Shown here: piece after piece, positions 13,327-21,392 of the stretch | How positions within the stretch are numbered: position 1 is the stretch's first letter | Layout of the letters: each line of letters starts with the position of its first letter | Assembly: GCA_043228905.1 (NCBI GenBank) | Contig: JBHGNT010000015.1 | Span: forward strand, 10,292,001 to 10,356,000 | Length of the DNA stretch: 64,000 nt | Direction: 5' to 3' | DNA from: Azolla caroliniana | Lineage: Eukaryota > Plantae > Polypodiophyta | Position numbers and translations under genes: made by a program | The notes under the pieces: generated by a model | The model's database searches: none | What the model was told of the DNA's origin: nothing | What the model saw: the letters and a program-made list of their open reading frames with translations, nothing else

Positions 13327-14247
13327 CTTAATTATGTCGTGAAGATCCGTCACTACGCGCGGATCGTGAGGCGGAACCGCCGAGGTTCTGGACAAGAAGG
13401 ATTTAGAGTCGATACAAGCTTTGGCGAGAAAGTACTTAAGATAGATTGGGAAAGAGAGAAGATGAGATTACACGATTGATTTGATAACGAAATTCTTCTT
13501 CTTAATTTTCATGAAAAAAACCGTCCTTTTTCTCCTCCCCCTTCCCTCTTTTATAGATGCTCTCATGCATGTGAGGGTACAAGACATGCATAAATTGCAT
13601 GTTTGCCATTTGGCGCTTAACTATTACATGTGGTGCATGCTAACCATGTCACTCATTTTAGCTCTCATGTATGAGAATTTACATGTAAAAGTACAATGAT
13701 AGAAATATAATTTTAACTAAATACCATGGCTTAATGGTAAGCCATTTGACTCCTAACTTGGAGGTGCAAGGTTCGAATCCTTACTTGCCCTCCTTGTATT
13801 GTATATGTAAATATGTATATATATTTATATATTTATTTATCTAGTCGCCGGTTCGCCGGATACTGGTGCCGCCGCCCGATGCCGTCGGTTACCGGTGCCT
13901 CGCCGGATACCGTCGGTTACCGGTGCCGCCGCCGGATACCGGTGCCGAATGCCGTCGGATCACCGTATCCATCGCCGGTCCGGTTTTGGTTGGCCAAAAC
14001 CCTTTACGAGTAGCTAGCCCACCTCCACTCTTAGTTCAAGTTACCTTGAACTCTCTATGCTCCACACATAGACACAAAGATAATATCTTTTGCTCCACCT
14101 TATATATGATGAGAGCTGTATTTGTCGTGCCTATGTGGGATATCTCACAATTTTCTCCTTTCCTTTTACAAACTTTATACCCTCATATCTTGACATTTAG
14201 TTGTCCGTTTCTCGTGTAATAAACTGCATTCGAAACCTCCATATTAA

Positions 14248-14770
14248 TAGACTATATAATGTCTTATACGAGGAGTGCGGGCACGATACTTCTTTGGCTG
14301 TGATTAGTGTTATTTGATTAACTATTTGAGGATTTAGGGTTTGGGTTTGAAGGTTTCGGGTATATGGGTTAACTGAGGTTTTTGGGTTAAATATCTTAAG
14401 GGTTTAGGGTTTTGTTCGGAGGGTTTAGGGCATATGGGTAAAATATCTGAGGGTTTAGGGTTTGGTAGACTATATGATGTATTGCACGAGGAAAGCGGGC
14501 ACGATACTTATTTAGGCTACGACTAGTGTTATTAGGTTAACTATTCTTAGGGTTTATGGGTTTGTTCTGAGAGTTTAGGGTATATGGGTTAAAATATTCT
14601 GAGGGTTTAGGGTAGTGTGTGCAAAAGTAAAGGTATTAAGGATTGGTAGGTTTAGGGTTTTAGTGGTAAGGGGAGATATGTTTGGAGAGGTATGATGATG
14701 AGGGTATGGGTTGGCGAGGATATAATGTGTTAGGGTTATTAGTTTAGGGTTGCGGGTATTGGGTAGGTTA
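14248..14770 (-). repeat. PLE 3' end: ~218-bp diverged tandem unit with interspersed TTTAGGG-like repeats
   Basis: TAGACTATAT..GCGGGCACGATACTT at 14248 and 14466; many TTTAGGG/TTTTGGG/TATGGG motifs. Confidence 0.8.
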
Positions 14771-14914
14771 AAGATTAAGGGAAAGAGGGGGGAGTGCCAC
14801 GTTTTACTTAGTGGGAATGAAATAGCATATATATTATTGAAAGCACAACTAACCACAACATAAAAACAATAGACACTTGAGAAGAAAATATATATTGATC
14901 AAATATATATTAAT

Positions 14915-14973
14915 ATGACCTATGTAGCAAACTAGTTTCGCTCATATATGGAGCTCATCAGTGCTTAGGTCAT
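14915..14973 (-). ncRNA. Minimal type I hammerhead ribozyme
   Basis: - strand reads AUGACCUA-AGCA CUGAUGA GCUC cauauau GAGC GAAA CUAG UU UGCU-aca-UAGGUCAU: intact core, stems I and II, and a palindromic short stem III. Confidence 0.88.
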
Positions 14974-15717
14974 TTTCGAGTACAAAGGTAAGTTTATATA
15001 GGTTTGTGGTAAGGGGGGTGTAAGATGAGTGGTGGACAAGAGTGATAAATGTGAAAAGAAGTGAGGAGTATGGGAGGGAGTGGTGTAACACGGTGATAAG
15101 GGGGCAAGATATGATTTTGTAAAGGGAGGGAGTGGGTATCATGAGTTTGATAGTGATAAGTGGGTGACCAGAGGGTATGATAAGTGAGGGGAGGGGTGTG
15201 TATATGTGTGTGATGGTGGCTAGTACGAGGTAAAGATGTGGGTGAAAAACGAGGGGAATACGAATTTAATAGTTATGGGGAATGAGGAGAGAGAGAGAGA
15301 GATAGAGAGAGAAATTTAACTAATGAGAAGAGAGTGTGAAAAAAGGTGAGAAAAGAGAGAGGGAGAGAGAGAGAGAGAAAAGAAAAAAAAGAAAGAAAGA
15401 AAGAAGAGAGACGTAGAGAAAAGAAAAGGTAGAGAGGGAGAAAAAAGGAAAAGAAAAAAGAGGTGAGTTTTAGAGTGTAGAGAGGGAGAAAAGTAAAGGT
15501 AGAGAGAGAGGAAAAAGAAATGATTTAGAGAGGGAGAAAGGTAAAGGTAGAGAGAGAAAGAGAAGGGGAGGGAAGGAGGAGATAGAGATAGAGAAAGGGA
15601 AAGTTAAGAGAGAAGAAATGTGAAGGTAGAGAGGGAGAAGATAGGGGGAGATCCTCACGTGGTAAATATAGGGAGATAAAACTTGTGGTTTTAAAAAAAT
15701 AAAAATATGGAGAGGAG

Positions 15718-17700
15718 TTAGTGTGGATCTATAGTAATGTTTTTTGTGTTGACTAGTGAAGAGTGTAGATTTTTAGATTTAGTCCAACAAATTATTGGTT
15801 TGGGGATGTGTTGTAGTAGAGGGTCTTCTTGGAGGTTTAAGTGTAGGCTAGTAAGGGTTTCTTTTATTCCTAGATTAGGGGCTTGGTGTGTGAATTTTAG
15901 TTTAAAGATTATGGGTGTGGGGGTTTGGTTAATGGTTTTGTTTGAGAGGAGAGTTGGTCTAAGGGAATAGGGGTGTTTTTTGAATATATTGAGGATAAAG
16001 TGTGTAGGGTATCCTCGTGCTCGTAGTCTCTTAAAAAATAGTTGTTGCATTTTTAAATAACCTTGGGCTGTACTTTCTCTAATAATGTATCTTTTAAGTT
16101 CGTTCGAGAGGAAGCTTTTTTTGACGTGGATAGGATGTGTCGAGGTGAAGGGTATGTATTGGTAAGTATTAAGTTCTTTTTGAAAACAATTAAAGTTGAA
16201 ATTATTATTAGCGAGGTTTATCCAAAGGTCGAGAAAAGGAAGTTTAGTGAGAGAGGTTTGGATGGTCAGTTTAATGGAGTTTTGAGTGGTAATACTATAG
16301 AAATTTAGGTAGTCTAAGAGTTGTGTTTTCGTACCGGTCCATACACCAAAGGCATCGTCAATATATCTCGTGAAATAAAATAAATGGGGAGATGGGTTGG
16401 AATTCTCGAGGTATGACAAAAAAAGGCAAGCATATACTACGGAAAAATTGCTTCCCATGGCTGTGCCTTTAATTTGTTGATAGATTTGGTTATTAAATTT
16501 AAGGAAGTGATATTCTAAGGTTAAGGCGCTGAGAGTATAGATGAGGTTGGCTTTTTGTTTTGAGAAATGGGGGGTAATTAGGTGTTTTAGGGCTAGTAGT
16601 CCTAGTTTTGGTGGAATACTCGGGTAGAGGGATTCTACGTCAAATGAAAAGATGAAGCTATTGGGTGGTGTCGTAAGGTTTTCTAGGGATTGTACTAAGG
16701 AGAATGAGTCTCTAAGGTATTGTTTTTGTTGTAGGAGTATGGGGAGGAGTTGGTGGTGTAGCCACTTAGAAGTTTGTTCAAATAACGAACCGTTGTAAGA
16801 ACAAATAGGCCTATAGCCAATGGGTTCTTTGTGTACTTTGGGTAGGAAGTACATGGTGGGGACTCGGTATTCGTTGGATGGTTTGTGTAAGATGAATTTT
16901 ATTTCTATGAGGGAGAGGGTTCCTAGGTGTTGATTCATTAAGGTTTTTAATCTATGTAGGAGTTCTTCTAAGGGGAAGGTATCTACGGGTTTGTAAGTGG
17001 ATGTATCGGATAGGTGAGCTAGGGCTTTATCTAGGTATGTTTGTTTGTTTAAGACACAAACACCTACATTTTTGTCTGCGGGGAGGATGATAATGTGTTT
17101 ATTGCTTTTAAGGCTTTTTAAGGCTTGTAGTAGGTGTAGTGGAATGTGTTTAGTGGGTAGGTTTGTATTATGGAGTTTTATGGTGAGGAGATTAAGGTGT
17201 TTATGAAGTATGTCTTCTAACGGTGGGTATTGTGTAGGGGGGTTCCAAGAGGGGTTGGGTAGTTTAAAGGGGTTGTGTGGGGCGGAGGAGTCGTCTTGAA
17301 AGAAATGTCTAAGTCTAAGGGATCTACTAAGGTTATGGAATTCTTGAAGAATAGAAGTGGAGGTGGGGGGGGGGGAGGGAGGTATAAACTTAAGACCTAG
17401 GTTAAGAAGTTTAATTTCTGACTTGCTAAGGGTATGTGTAGAAAGGTTGTGGATTTTACTACTATGAGGGGGACTAAAGGGTGTTGTAAGGGGTTTCCAA
17501 AATTTATATCTAAGTTTCTTTTTACGTGTTTTTTTTGTATGTGGTCTAAAGGGGATTCTATGTGACATGTTACCTAGCCAATTAGAGGAATCTAGGGGGG
17601 TAGAGTTACCATTAACAAAATACCACACACGTTTAGTTGGGTGTACGGCGTGTCTAAAACGTCGGTTTGATCTTTTAGCACGCCGTACTAAACGTTTTTT
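15718..17700 (-). CDS. Penelope-like reverse transcriptase, intact; frame open back to the slippery site
   Basis: NLS..LS..E..LL.LGLKF, PADKN, YFLPKVHK..RPI, FDVESLYPSIP, GTAMGS, RYIDD, LPFLDL, STHP..K and RGYP motifs; ends without a GIY-YIG domain. Confidence 0.92.
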   Translation of the reverse strand, partial: KKRLVRRAKRSNRRFRHAVHPTKRVWYFVNGNSTPLDSSNWLGNMSHRIPFRPHTKKTRKKKLRYKFWKPLTTPFSPPHSSKIHNLSTHTLSKSEIKLLNLGLKFIPPSPPPTSTSILQEFHNLSRSLRLRHFFQDDSSAPHNPFKLPNPSWNPPTQYPPLEDILHKHLNLLTIKLHNTNLPTKHIPLHLLQALKSLKSNKHIIILPADKNVGVCVLNKQTYLDKALAHLSDTSTYKPVDTFPLEELLHRLKTLMNQHLGTLSLIEIKFILHKPSNEYRVPTMYFLPKVHKEPIGYRPICSYNGSLFEQTSKWLHHQLLPILLQQKQYLRDSFSLVQSLENLTTPPNSFIFSFDVESLYPSIPPKLGLLALKHLITPHFSKQKANLIYTLSALTLEYHFLKFNNQIYQQIKGTAMGSNFSVVYACLFLSYLENSNPSPHLFYFTRYIDDAFGVWTGTKTQLLDYLNFYSITTQNSIKLTIQTSLTKLPFLDLWINLANNNFNFNCFQKELNTYQYIPFTSTHPIHVKKSFLSNELKRYIIRESTAQGYLKMQQLFFKRLRARGYPTHFILNIFKKHPYSLRPTLLSNKTINQTPTPIIFKLKFTHQAPNLGIKETLTSLHLNLQEDPLLQHIPKPIICWTKSKNLHSSLVNTKNITIDPH
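17643..17700 (-). other. -1 ribosomal frameshift signal (A AAA AAC plus hairpin)
   Basis: In-frame heptamer at 17700-17694, 5-nt spacer, then stem GTACGGCGTG-CTAAAA / TTTTAG-A-CACGCCGTAC. The -1 frame is the RT frame. Confidence 0.8.
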
Positions 17701-20006
17701 GGCCGGTGGAGGTTGTGAGTGGTGGGAAGTGTGATGTGAGAAGAATACATAGGGGATTTAGGGTGACTAGTTGAGGGGTGGATACAACTTGTGGATGGTT
17801 TGGTAGAGGTGGTGTAGGGAGGATGTTGGGTATGGGTTGATTGGGTGTAGTGGTTAGGGATGTAGGGGTTAAGAGAGGTGTATGAGGGGTTGGGGAAGGC
17901 TAAGGGTATTTGGGAAAATAGGGGAGGGTTTATGTTGTGATTGTGGGTAGTTTCTTTAAACCAAGGGGGGCTTAGTGTGTGTGAATAGTTGTGAGAGGGG
18001 GGGGTAGGAAAGGAATTTCTAGAATTATTAGGAGGAGTATAAAAAGAAAACGAAAGAGAAGGAGAGTTAGGGGTAGGGTGAGCGTTAGGATTTACACAGT
18101 GGGTATGGGTAGGAGGGTAAGGATGAGTATTGTTTTGGGGTTGAAGGTCTTCGGGGGAGGGATACAAGGGGGGAGCGATGAAGCTGAATGGGGTGTGTTG
18201 GGGCTGGTGGTGAATCTGATGATAGGTATCTCGCGAATGGTGGAGTGGTGTGTCCTCCTCAAGTGGCGGCTGGAGCTGATAATTGGTGGTGGTTATGTTA
18301 TTAATTGCCGTCTCGTATGTTGTCCGAGAGGGAGGTTGATGTTGGAGAGGGTGAGAAAACGGTGGGGGTCGAGGCGTCGGCAGAAGAGGCTGCTGTAATT
18401 TGCAGGGCTGGTCGCATGGTGGCGGCGGCGGCGGCGGTGGTGGCGGCTGCGGCTGAAGATCATTGTTGGGTTGGCGTTGATTTATATGTTGATGTCGATG
18501 CTGATATGAGTGCATTTGGTGTTCTCTTTCCGTCATATATCTCCAGGGCTCGTGGTGTTGCGGTTGCGGAGGCGGCGGCGGCGGCAGCGGCGGCTGAAAA
18601 CCATTGTTAGGTTGGCCTCGGTTTTGATGCCGGTAAAGGTATACTTGTTGTTTGTTTTCAGGAGGAAATGGAGAGGAGAAGCTATGGATAGTGTTTGCTT
18701 TGGGCTGAAATGGGGCGGAAGGTATATGGCGGAGTTGTATTCGTTGGAGAAGTTCGGGTTCGTTGAAACCAATAAATTTAACTATTGGTTCGTATTGATT
18801 GGAATCTAAATTATGGCGCGGGGTAATTTCGTGTGTTGTTATGTTATAAGTGTAGAATTTTTGTCGAGGCTTGGATGGTGGTAATGGTGGCGGCGGCGGT
18901 GGTCGAAGAGGGTGTTGTTGGCGGCGCTGGTGCGGTTGTTGTGAAGGGCCGAAAGGGCGTGTGTATTTTACAGATTTTGGGTGGGGTTTAGGGTTTAGAT
19001 TCTTAGTGAGATTGGGTTTGGGTTTCGGGTTAGGGTTATGGTTCGGTTTTGGGTTATGGTTAGGGTTAGGTTTCGGTTTAGAGTTAGGGTTAGGATTCCT
19101 ATTAGAGTTTGTTTTAGGGTTGGGTTTAGTATGGTTGGGAGTAGGGTAAGGATTTTGTTTACAAGGATTACGGTGGGATTTATGGTTAGATGTTATGTTG
19201 GGATTAAAGTTATTGTTTTTCGGGGTAGATTTAGGGATGGGGAGAGGGTTAGGGTTTGATTTTGGGATAGGGTTAGAGTTAATGTTAATAATTGCATCAA
19301 GGTGAGGATTGGATGTGGGGTCAAAGTGTAAACTTTTTTTGTTTTTGGTGATAATGGCTCGGGATGTTTGTGGGTTAGGATTTTGTTCTATAAGCTCCTC
19401 GTTTGTATCTAGATCTATTGGGAGATCTTCTATTTCGTTATCTAATTCAACATTTATATTATCAAAATCATGTGTATTATGGAGTATATCCGAGTGTTGT
19501 AACTCTCTATTGTTATTTCTAATTGTGATTGAAGTTGTTTTGAGTGTATTATTGATGTTGTTAGTAACACCAAACTCTTGGCACTTCGTTAAAAGTTCTA
19601 TAACATGTTCTTCTAACCAATGGTTAATATTGTCTGTAAAAAGGTTAGGCGCTATAAAATTTGAGACCTCTTCTAAGTGCTTAGGGTCTAGTAACTTGGT
19701 GCTAAATTCGAAGAGTTCTACTCTAACTTTATTTGGGAAATCATCTAAAAGTTTTGTGTATGTGTGAACTAACCTATCTAGGTGTAGAATATAGGTCGTC
19801 GCAAGTTCTTTGTTATATTGACTTGTGAGTGTTAAGAACTCTTGTTGTAGACTATGGTTAAGTTCATGGTGAGTTAGTTTAAGCTTAGGAGGTTGGTTTT
19901 TAAGGCTAGGTGGAAGGGAGCCATGGTTGTAGAGGTTCGAGACTCTAGTTAGTGTGTTGAATGCTTGTTTCTTGTGTCGGAAAAGCTGTTTAAATTCTGT
20001 GAACAT
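17688..20006 (-). CDS. PLE ORF1, 772 aa: helical N-terminus, then N/P/K repeats and a Pro/His/Gln-rich region
   Basis: Uninterrupted ATG-initiated ORF directly upstream of, and overlapping, the RT frame. Confidence 0.8.
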   Translation of the reverse strand: MFTEFKQLFRHKKQAFNTLTRVSNLYNHGSLPPSLKNQPPKLKLTHHELNHSLQQEFLTLTSQYNKELATTYILHLDRLVHTYTKLLDDFPNKVRVELFEFSTKLLDPKHLEEVSNFIAPNLFTDNINHWLEEHVIELLTKCQEFGVTNNINNTLKTTSITIRNNNRELQHSDILHNTHDFDNINVELDNEIEDLPIDLDTNEELIEQNPNPQTSRAIITKNKKSLHFDPTSNPHLDAIININSNPIPKSNPNPLPIPKSTPKNNNFNPNITSNHKSHRNPCKQNPYPTPNHTKPNPKTNSNRNPNPNSKPKPNPNHNPKPNHNPNPKPKPNLTKNLNPKPHPKSVKYTRPFGPSQQPHQRRQQHPLRPPPPPPLPPSKPRQKFYTYNITTHEITPRHNLDSNQYEPIVKFIGFNEPELLQRIQLRHIPSAPFQPKANTIHSFSSPFPPENKQQVYLYRHQNRGQPNNGFQPPLPPPPPPQPQHHEPWRYMTEREHQMHSYQHRHQHINQRQPNNDLQPQPPPPPPPPPPCDQPCKLQQPLLPTPRPPPFSHPLQHQPPSRTTYETAINNITTTNYQLQPPLEEDTPLHHSRDTYHQIHHQPQHTPFSFIAPPLYPSPEDLQPQNNTHPYPPTHTHCVNPNAHPTPNSPSLSFSFYTPPNNSRNSFPTPPSHNYSHTLSPPWFKETTHNHNINPPLFSQIPLAFPNPSYTSLNPYIPNHYTQSTHTQHPPYTTSTKPSTSCIHPSTSHPKSPMYSSHITLPTTHNLHRPKNV

Positions 20007-20959
20007 GCGTGTTTTATATTCCTCGAGATACTTTGAGCAAAACGCATATGTTGAAGATGTTACCTTATTAGAGGATTCCGTCGGTTACCGGTGCCTCGCC
20101 GGATACCGTCGGTTACCGGTGCCGCCGCCGGATACCGTCGGTTACCGGTGCCGCCGCCGGATACCGGTGCCGAATGCCGTCGGATCACCGTATCCATCGC
20201 CGGTCCGGTTTTGGTTGGCCAAAACCCTTTACGAGTAGCTAGCCCACCTCCACTCTTAGTTCAAGTTACCTTGAACTCTCTATGCTCCACACATAGACAC
20301 AAAGATAATATATTTTGCTCCACCTTATATATGATGAGAGTTGTATTTGTCGTGCCTATGTGGGATATCTCACAATTTTCTCCTTTCCTTTTACAAACTT
20401 TATACCCTCATATCTTGACATTTAGTTGTTCGTTTCTCGTGTAATAAACTGCATTCGAAACCTCCATCATTTTGTACTTAGATATTAAATCTATTTAAAA
20501 TGTTATCTTCACAATTATTGTACTACGTGATTCATACTCGATTTCGTACGTTTTATAGGATTTTCACACTATTGCCAAAAATCTTCACGACAGCGGTCTC
20601 GGGTTCGGGAAGAAAAAGCACGGGAAGCGGCAACGGTTAACCTTAGTGATGAGGAACCGTTGCAAGCCGAGGGCCAGGCTGGAACCAGTCAACCGGAGAC
20701 CACTACGACGGAGGGAGCAATGACGGAGACGCCGGTGTCAAAGCAACAAACGGAGGAGCAGCCGAAGCAGCCACCAAAGGACCCGTCACAGCAACCATGA
20801 ACAGAGCAGCAACAGCAGCAATAGCAACCACAACAACAACAACAACCCAGATGAACCATTGGAGAATCTCGAACAAAGAATTCTGGATATTCTGGATATT
20901 TCTGGATATTTTCGGATGTGGATTCGACGTACAAGGTACTGTCCCACGGGCGTGCCATG

Positions 20960-21392
20960 TGTTACCGGCCGGCAAAGGAGTCCAGAGTGTGAAACGGGGA
21001 GTTATTTAATTGTTAGGAATGGTTGTAAGTAAGCTATGAGTGTGGACGGACGGACCGGAATCGGTATGCCGTTCCGAATCCGGACCGATCCCGAACAGGT
21101 GCGGATTGCACCGTTTTGTACTACAGATCGGAAACCTATTTAAAGGCCCAGATACAATGTAATGAGTAGCGGTTAATTAATAAAGCTTAGTGTTTTTATC
21201 TCTCTGTGTTAATTTCCGTTCTGCATTCATTGTTATATCTTACGCGTGTGATTATTGAGGACGATCTTACTAAGTAGCCTAATTAAGTCGGATTAATTGT
21301 TGATTCTAATCCTCCTGCCGTAACACCCCTTTGGTGAAGTGTCTTCCGTAGACACCCTGTGTTAGGCCATTGTCCGGCCCTAAGAGTTAACA
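20960..21392 (+). repeat. LTR of Gypsy A
   Basis: TGTTACC..GTTAACA termini; CCTATTTAAAGG TATA-like box ~21135; AATAAA ~21179; homologous (reverse complement) to the 35178-37321 units. Confidence 0.85.

Larger units (their letters stand above)
14243..20077 (-). mobile_element. Endonuclease-deficient Penelope-like retroelement (Athena/Coprina-type architecture)
   Basis: ORF1 plus PLE-type RT with no GIY-YIG; hammerhead; telomere-like repeats; sharp composition change (G/T-rich + strand); bounded by duplicated LTR sequence. Confidence 0.88.
6557..20592 (-). mobile_element. Full-length Gypsy B (tRNA-Trp primed) with 4-bp TSD GCGG
   Basis: Near-identical LTRs TGTCGTGAAG..CTTCACGACA at 6557-7512 and 13335-20592. 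GCGG at 6553-6556 and 20593-20596. PPT complement TCCACCCCCACC at 7513-7524. Confidence 0.95.
4105..20800 (+). pseudogene. Extra 3' ORF of Gypsy A (acidic/Pro linker plus long coiled coil), in two pieces, 4105-6556 and 20597-20800, split by element B
   Basis: ORF pieces from MDPQTLSE..; E/K/Q/R heptad-rich segment at 5543-6226. Removing B and one GCGG copy restores the frame (..FESYER|SRVREEKAREA..) up to a TGA near 20800. Confidence 0.7.
1..21392 (+). mobile_element. Ty3/Gypsy LTR retrotransposon A (non-chromovirus type; 5' end outside the window; interrupted by element B)
   Basis: PR-RT-RH-IN order on + strand, then an extra ORF, then an LTR at 20960-21392 (TGTTA..TAACA). The right flank is Copia integrase sequence. 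Confidence 0.85.

Noticed and set aside
14330-14770. True or interstitial telomere
   Set aside because: Repeats are degenerate and dispersed, and lie inside the PLE.
15286-15717. Possible GIY-YIG exon downstream of the PLE RT
   Set aside because: The region is a GA/CT simple tract with no GIY or YIG motif seen.
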